DNA from: an uncultured Gammaproteobacteria bacterium
GTDB taxonomy: Bacteria > Pseudomonadota > Gammaproteobacteria > Arenicellales > JAANXG01
Length of the DNA stretch: 64,000 nt
Direction of reading: 5' to 3'
Assembly: GCA_947259705.1 (NCBI GenBank)
Contig: CAMYNL010000014.1
Span: 36,875 to 100,874, forward strand
Every line of letters begins with the position of its first letter. Within the stretch, counting starts at the first letter, position 1. Made by a program: the position numbers and the translations under genes. Under the pieces are notes generated by a model. That model had not been told where the DNA came from. It did not search any database and worked only from the letters and a program-made list of their open reading frames with translations. Shown here piece after piece: positions 51,380 to 62,328 of this stretch.

Positions 51380-52921
51380 ATGCGCAAACTAGATAGAGTG
51401 CATATCAAGCCCGGCGTTGTTTTATTCATATTGTTCGGGTCCGTATTGGTCTCCATTTGGTCCGTGTACGCGGATCCAATAATCAATATCGACGGTATTC
51501 TCTACATCCGAGCCGCCGAGGCTTTCTCGAGGGGAGATACCGAGACAGCTCTGTCTATCTATAAATGGCCCTTCTACCCTTATCTCATCCACACTGTCCA
51601 TGAAATTTCCGGTGTCGAGCCGATACTGGCCGCCCACCTTCTGAATGCGGTATTCAACATTTCCAGCTGCATCGTGTTTGTACTGTTGATTCGCGAGTTC
51701 GGCGGGGCGCAACGAACGCTGCTGATCGCATCGGTTGTAATTGTTCTGTTCCCGGGTCTAAACGAGATACGGTCCTATATTGTTCGCGATCATGGATACA
51801 TCCTGTTTTACTTGTCGGCGCTGTTGTTCCTGGTGAAGGCTCTGCAGGCGCGGAGCGTACCCAAGCTGGTGGCCAGTGTGTTCTGCATGGTCACGGCGAT
51901 GCTGTTCAGAATAGAGGGCCTCGTGTTCTTGGTCGCAATCCCGCTCATCTATCTCAATTCCGTACTGCACATCAAGCCGACGACTCGAACAGGCCGGATT
52001 GTCGTCGTAGCGATCGTCGCCATGTTGCTGGTTGCTGCATTTGGATGGTGGTTCCATACACCCGAGGAGGTATCCGACCATACGCGATTCTCGCTGGAGA
52101 CCATCGGCGAGGGCTGGAACCAGGCATTCGGGGCACTTGAAGCGAAAATAGAAACACTGAAAAGCGAAATCATCAATACGTCGTCCAGCAGTATTGCACG
52201 TTTAGTATTCCTATGGTCCGTAATTGGTATCATTCTGGCGCAGGTTCTGGTCATCTTGAGCGTACCTTATACGATCTTGGCCGGGTATGCGTTCAAAAAA
52301 GATCTTGTCTTTCCCAACAACGTTGCAACAAAGCCATGGGCTTTGTTCGTTTTCTGCAATGTTGTAATACTGTTCCTGTTCACATTGACCTGGTTTTTTG
52401 TTACCGACCGCTATCCCCTGGCCCTGGTGGTGACGCTCTTGGCAACAGTGCCGTTCGCACTGGATCAGCTCTATGAGAGATGGAGGTCCAGCGGAAACGG
52501 AACAACTTTGACCAAACTCGGATACGGCTTGTTGGCTGTGATTCTATTTTTCAATTGCTTAGAGGGACTTACGAGCTACAGTGACAAACGCTACCTGCGG
52601 GAATCCGGATTCTGGTTGAGGGACAATGCGCACCCCACAACCAGGCTGTTTACGAACGATCCCGTAATCGGATTCTATAGCGGGCTCCCGGGTGACAAGG
52701 TGACCACGATCGAAGATCGGGGGGGCTTGCTGGATAGATTCTACCGAGGTAAATGGATCGACTACGACTACGTTGCATTGCAGATCGATCCGGACCCGGG
52801 GTTCGAACATCATTTGAAGAAGACCCTGTGGGTAGTTCCGGAGAAGGTGTTCGTGAATGAGCGAAGCAAGGAAGTTCGCATATACAACATCAAAAAACAC
52901 CGCGAAAGGAAGGATCAGTGA
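51380..52921 (+). CDS. Polytopic membrane protein, GT-C (ArnT/PMT-like) candidate
   Basis: INIDGILY after TM1, WPFYPYLI, IVRDHGY, DRY motif and a soluble C-terminal domain. Confidence 0.65.
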   Translation: MRKLDRVHIKPGVVLFILFGSVLVSIWSVYADPIINIDGILYIRAAEAFSRGDTETALSIYKWPFYPYLIHTVHEISGVEPILAAHLLNAVFNISSCIVFVLLIREFGGAQRTLLIASVVIVLFPGLNEIRSYIVRDHGYILFYLSALLFLVKALQARSVPKLVASVFCMVTAMLFRIEGLVFLVAIPLIYLNSVLHIKPTTRTGRIVVVAIVAMLLVAAFGWWFHTPEEVSDHTRFSLETIGEGWNQAFGALEAKIETLKSEIINTSSSSIARLVFLWSVIGIILAQVLVILSVPYTILAGYAFKKDLVFPNNVATKPWALFVFCNVVILFLFTLTWFFVTDRYPLALVVTLLATVPFALDQLYERWRSSGNGTTLTKLGYGLLAVILFFNCLEGLTSYSDKRYLRESGFWLRDNAHPTTRLFTNDPVIGFYSGLPGDKVTTIEDRGGLLDRFYRGKWIDYDYVALQIDPDPGFEHHLKKTLWVVPEKVFVNERSKEVRIYNIKKHRERKDQ

Positions 52922-53126
52922 ATTCGTTCTGTAGGAACCCCGACTCGTTGCGAAAATTTTGAACGGCGCCGCAATCATCCCCACAGGGAGAGGATTTTCT
53001 GCATCAGCCTGGAGTACAGCAATTTATGGGAATCTCCGTTGCTTCCATGTCTGACTCAGAGCAGGCGTTTAGAACTTTTTTGGCTGGCCATCCTCGGGGT
53101 GTGGATGCTCTGAATCGAGCATACTC

Positions 53127-53340
53127 ACGAAAGCGATTCGTATACACAATATATAGACCACCGGATGTTTCGCAGCCCAAGGATGTAGAGAAGCCTGTTT
53201 CGAAGGGCAGCGAATTGCTGGTTAAGATATATGCGACAACAGTGACGACAGGGAATTGCCACGTGCCAAAGGCTGACTCGTTTGCTGCCAGATTGTTGAA
53301 TGTTCTGATAGGTCCAACGACCTCCTCCCCAATCCTCGGA
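53127..53340 (+). pseudogene. N-terminal remnant of an MDR (quinone reductase/alcohol dehydrogenase) gene
   Basis: ACG-AAA-GCG-ATT (former MKAI), +1 frameshift, then VYTIYRPPDVSQPKDVEKP...ELLVKIYATTVTTG...ILG. Confidence 0.7.
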
Positions 53341-53508
53341 CCGGCGTCGTTAGAGAACTGCGGGCACACCTGAGCTAGGTGGGGCTTCGTAAATTCAAGT
53401 ATGAGCTACTACGTACGATTTATATCAAGAAAAGACTCTTTGATCTCATTCTACGATCAGATCGGCACCCCAGCGACAAGCTGTCCGTTAAGGTGCCAAC
53501 GTTTATGG

Positions 53509-54360
53509 TTAATTCTGTTTTGCGCAGGCCTTGATGGCCCTCGCCATCGTGCTCCCGGTCTGAAAGCGTTTGTCAGCTCGCTTGTCCAGTGCAATGGCGA
53601 GTAAGTCCTCGACTGCTGGGGCAAGTTCAGCCCGTCTCTGGCGCACCCCCGGGGCGGGGTCAAAAACTATATGCCCCATCAATTCAGAGTAAGTCCTCCC
53701 CTCGAAAGGCAGGGTCCCGGTCAGCAGTTGAAAGAGCATCACGCCGAGGGAATAGAGGTCGGTGCGGTGATCTACTTTCTTGCCGCTGATCTGTTCCGGC
53801 GACATGTAGCCGGACGGGGTACCGAGTACGGCGCCGGTCCGGGTTCGAGTGCTGTCGAGCAGCCGCGCGAGTCCGAAGTTACCGAGGGTGACCACGCCGG
53901 TTGCGGGTTCAAAGTTGATGTTTGCCGGTCTGACGTCCCGGTGCACGACGAGGTGCCGATGAGCATAATCCAGAGACTTGGCGATCCGTTCACCGATGGA
54001 AAGTGTCTTGTCGACGGGCAGCAAGTTCCCCGGTTCGGTGTGGTCAGCCAATGTGGCTTCCTGACGATATTCGATGACCGAGAATACGAAGTTTTCATAT
54101 TCGCCGGCCTCATAAACGGAAATGATGCCTGGATGCCTGAGCCGCCCGGCCGCCCTGGCCTCCTGCAGGAAACGCCACTTCAATTCTTTCCATTCGTTTT
54201 CCGACACCCCAAGGGGGCTGGGCATCAGCTTCATCATCACGTAACGCTTCAGGACGCTGTCCCAGGCCCGATAGCTGATGCCGAACTCGCCTCGCGGCAG
54301 CTTTTCCTTCAACAAATAGCGGCCGATACTCGCAACCGCGATCGATGATGACGTCGTCAA
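53509..54360 (-). CDS. Ser/Thr kinase-domain-only protein, probable pseudokinase
   Basis: IGRY, FLQEARAAGRLRHPGII, YMSPEQ and DLYSLG present; HRDVRPAN, NFG instead of DFG and a degenerate Gly loop LPRGEFG. Confidence 0.85.
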   Translation of the reverse strand: MTTSSSIAVASIGRYLLKEKLPRGEFGISYRAWDSVLKRYVMMKLMPSPLGVSENEWKELKWRFLQEARAAGRLRHPGIISVYEAGEYENFVFSVIEYRQEATLADHTEPGNLLPVDKTLSIGERIAKSLDYAHRHLVVHRDVRPANINFEPATGVVTLGNFGLARLLDSTRTRTGAVLGTPSGYMSPEQISGKKVDHRTDLYSLGVMLFQLLTGTLPFEGRTYSELMGHIVFDPAPGVRQRRAELAPAVEDLLAIALDKRADKRFQTGSTMARAIKACAKQN

Positions 54361-54554
54361 GTCTTAGGAGTCCCTTGGACGATCATTGGTATTTTTCGAT
54401 CCACGCCACCTGCGCGGGCAGCGGTGCGATGCGACTGCCGGCAAAAAACGCAAGCGTAAATTCGGCAACCATTTTCGGGTTTGTTGTTATACTTGTTTGA
54501 GATGTCAAACCCTCGCAGCCGTTCCTGGTTTCGCCAAGTCGGTGAAATTTCTGC

Positions 54555-56051
54555 ATGCTCAACATTCCCGGATATAGGATAGAAAGACAGATCGGTCAAG
54601 GCGGAATGGCGACCGTTCATCTGGCGATCCAGGAGTCACTCGACCGCCCGGTCGCGCTGAAAGTGTTGAACAACCCGAATGTGCCCGGTTTCTCGGAGCG
54701 TTTCCTGCGTGAGGGCCGCATTATCGCCGCCCTCAACCATGCCCATATAGTCACCATCTACGATATCGGCATTCACGACGATGTCCATTACATTTCCATG
54801 GAATACGTGACCGGCGGTGATCTGAGACAGCGAATCCGCGACGGTATGACGCGGAGCCTCGCGCTGGAGACGATTGCAAGAGTCAGTGGTGCGCTGCAGG
54901 CCGCGCATACCGGGGGCGTCGTCCACCGGGATGTCAAACCTGCCAACATCCTTTTCCGCGATGACAGCACGCCGCTGCTGACGGATTTCGGCATCGCCAA
55001 ACAACCGTTGTCAGATGGCGAGCTGACCGCTACCGGTGAACTGCTTGGTACACCCCACTACCTGAGCCCGGAGCAGGCACAAAACAGGAATTTGGACGGG
55101 CGGGCGGACATCTACAGCCTGGGTATCGTGCTGTACGAGATACTGGTCGGCGACAAGCCATATCGGGGCGACTCGGACATCAGCATCATCTTCCAGCAGG
55201 TCTACGAACCGCTGCCAAGGCTACCGGTTGAATACGAAGACCTGCAGCCGCTGCTCGACCGCATGACCGCAAAGGACCCCGAACAGCGATTCGGCGACAT
55301 GGAGCAGGTGGTGAAGGCGGTAGAGTACTTGTCACGCCCGGTCGACTCGCCTGCGCCGCGCACCCTGCCTGCCCGGGCCGATGCCGGGGCGATCCAGCGC
55401 ATTGCCCGGCACGCGGCGATGATCCTGGGATTGGCCGTGGTGATGGCCACGGTGCTCTACATAACACGCCCAGCTCCGGAAACGGCCGGTAGCGACGCGT
55501 CTGGTGAGGACGGTCTTGTGTCAGGAACCGTTGTAGCGGCGACCGGGCCCAGTGCGGCACGCACATCCCCTGACGGAGATGATGCGTCACCGGTGGCATC
55601 CGGTGTCCGTCGTCAGGCGCCAGCAATAGAGGCTGCGGCGCGGTCGGCGAAGGCGACCGAACTCCCGGCACACGCCGCCGCCAGCGAACGGATAGCGCAC
55701 TATATCACCCTGGGGGATGCCCGGCTGGGCGAGTTCAAGCTGACGACGCCGGTGGATGACAGTGCCTTGACCTACTACCAGCGGGCGCTGGAACTGGATC
55801 CCGGCAGTGCCGCGGCGCGACGTGGATTGACCCGTATCGCGGACCGCTACGCGGCCCTGGCGGACGAACAGATCTCGAGAGGACGCCTGGGCAAGGCCAG
55901 GCATTACGTCGATACCGGCCTCGAGTTGGACCCCTTTCATTCCAGGCTGCAGGCCCTGGACCGCCGCCTCAAGATCCAGACCGGCTCGCGACGCATTGTG
56001 AAGAGCGTGGAGGGCTTCCTCAAGGACATGAAGGACAAGATCGAAAATTGA
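54555..56051 (+). CDS. Membrane-anchored Hanks-type Ser/Thr kinase with a periplasmic TPR-like domain
   Basis: IGQGGMATV, VALK, HRDVKPAN, TDFG and YLSPE; TM at about aa 290; LTTPVDDSALTYYQRALELDP. Confidence 0.9.
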   Translation: MLNIPGYRIERQIGQGGMATVHLAIQESLDRPVALKVLNNPNVPGFSERFLREGRIIAALNHAHIVTIYDIGIHDDVHYISMEYVTGGDLRQRIRDGMTRSLALETIARVSGALQAAHTGGVVHRDVKPANILFRDDSTPLLTDFGIAKQPLSDGELTATGELLGTPHYLSPEQAQNRNLDGRADIYSLGIVLYEILVGDKPYRGDSDISIIFQQVYEPLPRLPVEYEDLQPLLDRMTAKDPEQRFGDMEQVVKAVEYLSRPVDSPAPRTLPARADAGAIQRIARHAAMILGLAVVMATVLYITRPAPETAGSDASGEDGLVSGTVVAATGPSAARTSPDGDDASPVASGVRRQAPAIEAAARSAKATELPAHAAASERIAHYITLGDARLGEFKLTTPVDDSALTYYQRALELDPGSAAARRGLTRIADRYAALADEQISRGRLGKARHYVDTGLELDPFHSRLQALDRRLKIQTGSRRIVKSVEGFLKDMKDKIEN

Positions 56052-56477
56052 TCGACTGGAGGTGCCCGATCCGCGAACGGCCTGCTGCCCTGCCGAACTG
56101 CGATATCTACCGGCGCCGTGGCGGCGCATCCGCATGCTCCTCCCGCCGCGGTTTGCCCCGGCCTCCCATCCCGCTGCGGCCAGCCACTGCGCGATGGCAG
56201 GGCGTAGCCGAGCCGCGGCATCAAACACCTGTGCCCTCCTGGCGACAGGGAGACGAGTCCCAACCAGTGCAGGCATGATCCCGCCGCCGCAGGCTTGATC
56301 AGGCACCTGTCCGGGCCACAACCTGGTCCCGTCATCCCCGGGCGTGCCCGGCGCAAGCCGGGCTACGCCGTAAAAGCGCCCTGTTGAACAGATCCGTCCG
56401 GGCGGCATGCCGCCATCAGCGCGGGCCGCAGGGTAACTTCGTGTGGACCGGTGTGACCGCGACCGCCACTCGGCGCG

Positions 56478-57701
56478 TCATCCTGACCGACCTGGCTTGG
56501 CGCCCCCGTCATGCCGGCCCGAAGAGCGGTAGAACTCGGCGATGGCATCGTGAACGGGCGCCAGGTTGACCTGGTAAAAACCGAGCCCGCCGCGGCGAAG
56601 TTCAAAATCGCGTTCCTCGCCAACGCCCATCTGGCGCCAGTAATCCGGGTGATCGTCGAAGTGCAGGTCCGGCAGCGAGTCGTCCACGGGGGTGAACCGT
56701 CCGTCGCCTTGCGATCGATAGGCGTAGGCATGCAGGCCGAGAGTATCGGTCCACTGGTTCACACGCAGCAGCCCAGGATACAGGGCGCAGCCGAGGGCCG
56801 CGCCGGTCAGCACGCCCACGACGGCGCTCTCCACGGATGGCACCCCCTTGCTCCGCAGCAACCTGGTCACGACTATCGCGGCCAGCAGGCCCGCGCCCGC
56901 GAAGAGTTCATAGGCGGGGCGAACTGCGTAGGTCTCCCCCAGGAGTAGGAAACCGTCAACGATCGTGTAGGCGGCCAGCAGCAATAACATCACCAAACAC
57001 GCCAGGGTCCACGGGTGCTTCTCCAGTGCAAAGGCGGTCGAGACGGCCGGCGCGGTGTCCACCTCGAGGCCATGGACCTGTTCGTTGACGTACCGCACGA
57101 CAGGATTGTGCTTGATCCAGTCCTGGAACTCCGGTCCCTGCTGTTGCAGGGCCCGAATGTACGCCCGTTCCTCGCGCAGCGAACGGGGCTTGTAATCGCT
57201 CGGCTCCACCCAGGGATAGAGGAGCACTCGACGCCGATTGCCTCCCGTTTCGAGTATCAGGGCGGCGAGATGGCCGCCGGCATGGCGGAACATTCTGCCC
57301 ACCTGCGCCGTCCGCACCTGGCACCACTGCAGCGCCCAGTCCCGCTGCAGCAGATTCAGCGGAGCGCCAAAGGGGGAGCGGAACTCGATGCCGGTCTCGG
57401 TGAGAATCAGCCGCTCGCGGTTCCGCGACCCGCGCGCAAGCAGCACAAAGAACCCGAAGATCAGCGGTGTCGCCACCAGGACAAACAGAGCCTTGCGGTC
57501 TTGCAGCACCTGTTCCCAGAGCAGCCGCATGATGTCATCCGTGCCCGGTAACGGGCAGGTCTTGCGCGCGATCAAGAATAACAACGCGATCGCCACGACG
57601 ATCAGGAGTGCCGTCAGCAGGCCGATCCATATAAGTGCTCGAAGCTGGGGGGAACCGCGCATGAACCCCCGATTGTGCAGAACCAGCAATCTCGCCTCCA
57701 T
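56478..57701 (-). CDS. Hypothetical polytopic membrane protein
   Basis: 407-aa ORF with two N-terminal and three central TM segments; no recognised family; start uncertain. Confidence 0.7.
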   Translation of the reverse strand: MEARLLVLHNRGFMRGSPQLRALIWIGLLTALLIVVAIALLFLIARKTCPLPGTDDIMRLLWEQVLQDRKALFVLVATPLIFGFFVLLARGSRNRERLILTETGIEFRSPFGAPLNLLQRDWALQWCQVRTAQVGRMFRHAGGHLAALILETGGNRRRVLLYPWVEPSDYKPRSLREERAYIRALQQQGPEFQDWIKHNPVVRYVNEQVHGLEVDTAPAVSTAFALEKHPWTLACLVMLLLLAAYTIVDGFLLLGETYAVRPAYELFAGAGLLAAIVVTRLLRSKGVPSVESAVVGVLTGAALGCALYPGLLRVNQWTDTLGLHAYAYRSQGDGRFTPVDDSLPDLHFDDHPDYWRQMGVGEERDFELRRGGLGFYQVNLAPVHDAIAEFYRSSGRHDGGAKPGRSG

Positions 57702-57958
57702 AGCGTGTCATTATGCCCGGTCGATCTACGGGCACCGGGTGCGGCAGGCGCCGACACCCCACCTGGATCTTAGTGTAGACAACCGGTTCGTGGTAACCGG
57801 ACGTGGTGACCGATTGATGCCGTCTGGAGCGGTCGCGGCCGTAGATGAAACCGGAGGCGGACCACGCCACGACTACCTGCGACACCGTGCAGGGAATCTC
57901 ATCCAGCGTGGCGATGCGGCGCCGGCCCCGCTGGCGTATCTGGTTCCGGGGGGATCGT

Positions 57959-59170
57959 TCAGAGGTCCGCCGTGTCGGCGCGCGGTCGGTAAAGTATGGG
58001 TGCGAAGGACGCCATGAAGCCGAGGTACGCGAGGCACCATAGGACGCCCCCGGTGATGATCCAGACCAGTTGCGATGCCGGCACCACCAGCGGCAACAAC
58101 ACACGGAAGACGGCTGCCAGGTTGATGACCGCGAACGCTGCGGAAGTCAGCGGCGCCGGAACGAGCGGACGACCGGTGTGACCCAGCGAGACGCGGGCCA
58201 TCATGCCCAAGGTCATCACCCCGATTGCTCCGGCCGTAAAGGCGTGGGTCGGCGCATTTGCCGGCACCAGTCCGGCCCCGGCAAGAGCGGTGAGACCGAG
58301 ACCCGTCGCCAGCCATGCATAGCCGACGTGCAACACCCACAGCAGGGGCTGTGACCATATGCGATGCGAATACCAGCCAAGCAGGCGGGCCAGGTGCGCG
58401 GCGGCGCTGCAGGCCGCGATCAGGCCAACCAGCCCGCGTGAAGCGCCGCCCACGGAGCATACGGCCAACAGAGCCAGGCTGGCCAGTGCCAGGCCGTCCA
58501 GCCATGGTTGCTGCCTCGGTTGCGTCCCGGGTAGCGCGCGCGCGGTGAAAAACGGAATCACCCTGCCGCCGATGAGCGCCATCAGCAGCATGGCCAGGTA
58601 TATAGTGGCTGTGAGTCCCGGCAGCGCGGTACCGTCCACGAACCCGAGCTGCTCGGCATGCACCGCCATATTGGCCAGTGTCATCATCAGCAGCACGGGC
58701 ACGAACACCAGGTTGCGTCGCTGCCCGCTTCGCACCAGGGGGACCAGCAGGCTGGCCGCCAGTATTGGCAGAAAGGCGACGTCCAGTATCGCCACCATGA
58801 CCGGCGGCACCGGCCACGGCAGCAGCGGCAGCACTCGGCCCAGCAGCCACAGCACTACCAGCAGACCGAGCGTCTTGCCGTTTGCCGTGGGGAGCGAGGT
58901 CCAGTTGCGGACGGCCGTGAGCAGGAACCCGGCGATCACCGCCGCTGTGTAGCCGAACAGCATCTCGTGGCCATGCCAAACGACCGGGCTGTAATAGTTC
59001 TGCAGGGTCAGTCCGAGGGCATAGGCGGCGGTCCACCCGCCCATCGCGACCACTGCGAACGCGCCGGCAGCGAGAAAGAACGGGCGGAAGCCCAGCGACA
59101 GCAGGGCTGCTGGCCCGCGACCGGCACTGGCGGAGACCGGAGACGAAACACCATGCACGGACCGGTTCAT
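57959..59170 (-). CDS. nnrS: NnrS-family protein
   Basis: GFRPFFL, WHGHEMLFGY, GFLLTAVRNWT, GGRVIPFFT and MARVSLGHTGR. Confidence 0.93.
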   Translation of the reverse strand: MNRSVHGVSSPVSASAGRGPAALLSLGFRPFFLAAGAFAVVAMGGWTAAYALGLTLQNYYSPVVWHGHEMLFGYTAAVIAGFLLTAVRNWTSLPTANGKTLGLLVVLWLLGRVLPLLPWPVPPVMVAILDVAFLPILAASLLVPLVRSGQRRNLVFVPVLLMMTLANMAVHAEQLGFVDGTALPGLTATIYLAMLLMALIGGRVIPFFTARALPGTQPRQQPWLDGLALASLALLAVCSVGGASRGLVGLIAACSAAAHLARLLGWYSHRIWSQPLLWVLHVGYAWLATGLGLTALAGAGLVPANAPTHAFTAGAIGVMTLGMMARVSLGHTGRPLVPAPLTSAAFAVINLAAVFRVLLPLVVPASQLVWIITGGVLWCLAYLGFMASFAPILYRPRADTADL

Positions 59171-59346
59171 TGACGGTGCGGTCGGCGGGCGGCGCGCGCC
59201 GCCTTGTCATGAAACGCCGGCTCAATGGCACTGGCCATGCGTTTCATTGTCATCCTGCAACCGCGGGGGTGGGGACTCGGTATCGCGTCAAGGCGGCGGG
59301 TGGCAAGCCCGGCCGGCCGCTGAACGACTGGGGTATGGGTATTCAT
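59167..59346 (-). CDS. Possible 59-aa small ORF coupled to nnrS
   Basis: GGAGGAGG upstream of ATG 59346; its TGA overlaps the nnrS ATG (ATGA). Confidence 0.3.
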   Translation of the reverse strand: MNTHTPVVQRPAGLATRRLDAIPSPHPRGCRMTMKRMASAIEPAFHDKAARAARRPHRQ

Positions 59347-59408
59347 GGGCGACAAACCCTCCTCCGGCTCCTATGGCCGCAACATGCCGAGATCGCTGCA
59401 TAAGCTCC

Positions 59409-59422
59409 TTGACTTAGGTCAA
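59409..59422. promoter_or_regulatory. FNR/DNR-type box (nnrS side)
   Basis: TTGAC-TTAG-GTCAA. Confidence 0.85.
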
Positions 59423-59477
59423 GTCGCTGATTTGGCTATTGTTTCCGGGCAACTTGGGTGGGTATTCAAAATGCGGC

Positions 59478-59491
59478 TTGACCTAAGTCAA
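59478..59491. promoter_or_regulatory. FNR/DNR-type box (norC side)
   Basis: TTGAC-CTAA-GTCAA; -10-like AAGAAT at 59515-59520. Confidence 0.85.
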
Positions 59492-59562
59492 GGAGCGCCG
59501 CGGCGTCGATAACCAAGAATGCATGCTATGCCGCAAATACATCGCATCCTCGAGGAGACAGC

Positions 59563-61427
<1,865 letters not shown>

Positions 61428-61449
61428 GGGCGGCAGAGGTGATCAACCG

Positions 61450-62328
61450 ATGACTGAACAGGCCCGGTACGCCGGAAGCGGTGAATCGCGGGGAGACCTG
61501 ATGACGGCGGTGAAACGCGAGCAGTTCGATGCCGCCCGGGACCTCCCCCGTTACCTGCCGCAGGGCACCGAGGTGGAGATGTTCCTGCGTGCCCATCGTC
61601 GGCGCCTGCCGGTACTCATCAAGGGCCCCACCGGCTGCGGCAAGACGCGTTTCGTCGAGCACATGGCGGCCCGCCTGGGACGGCCCCTGTACACCGTCGC
61701 CTGTCATGACGACCTGAGTGCCACCGATCTCATCGGCCGACACCTTATTGATGGTAGCGGCACCTACTGGAGCGACGGCCCGTTGACCCGTGCGGTACGG
61801 GAGGGTGCCATCATTTATCTCGACGAAGTGGTGGAGGCGCGCAAGGATACCACGGTGGTCCTGCACCCATTGTCGGATGACCGTCGCATGCTGCCCATCG
61901 AACGATTGGGCCAGACACTGAAGGCGCCGGCGGACTTCATGCTGGTGGTGTCCTACAACCCCGGTTACCAGAATCTGCTAAAGGGCATGAAGCCCAGCAC
62001 GCGACAGCGTTTCGTCTCGTTGCGGTTCGGATTCCCGGAACCGATGCTGGAGGGTCAAATCGTCGCCGGGGAAGCAGGCGCCGACGAGGCGACTGCAGAG
62101 CGGCTGGTGCAACTGGCCACTGCCCTGCGCCGGCTCAAGGACTACGATATCGAGGAAAGTGTCAGCACTCGCCTGCTGGTCTACTGCGCCGGCCTGATCA
62201 CCGACGGTGCATCACCGCGCGAGGCCTGTCTCAGCACCCTGGTGGAGCCGCTTACCGATGATGAGGAGACGGTCGCCGCCTTGATGGAGCTGGTCGATGC
62301 CGCCTATCCCCACACAGACCACAGCTGA
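61450..62328 (+). CDS. norQ: CbbQ/NirQ/NorQ MoxR AAA+ ATPase
   Basis: GPTGCGKT, ACHDDL, YLDEVVEARKD, SYNPGYQ and STRQRF. Confidence 0.95.
   Translation: MTEQARYAGSGESRGDLMTAVKREQFDAARDLPRYLPQGTEVEMFLRAHRRRLPVLIKGPTGCGKTRFVEHMAARLGRPLYTVACHDDLSATDLIGRHLIDGSGTYWSDGPLTRAVREGAIIYLDEVVEARKDTTVVLHPLSDDRRMLPIERLGQTLKAPADFMLVVSYNPGYQNLLKGMKPSTRQRFVSLRFGFPEPMLEGQIVAGEAGADEATAERLVQLATALRRLKDYDIEESVSTRLLVYCAGLITDGASPREACLSTLVEPLTDDEETVAALMELVDAAYPHTDHS

Larger units (their letters stand above)
59404..59496. repeat. 24-bp inverted repeat (23/24) containing both boxes, 45-bp spacer
   Basis: 59404-59427 GCTCCTTGACTTAGGTCAAGTCGC versus 59473-59496 GCGGCTTGACCTAAGTCAAGGAGC. Confidence 0.92.

Noticed and set aside
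37372-54500. Mobile element or prophage bounding the AT-richer island
   Set aside because: No integrase, transposase, tRNA or att-like direct repeat recognised
56052-56477. Small ORFs after the kinase
   Set aside because: Low-complexity GC-rich translations with no RBS or motif support
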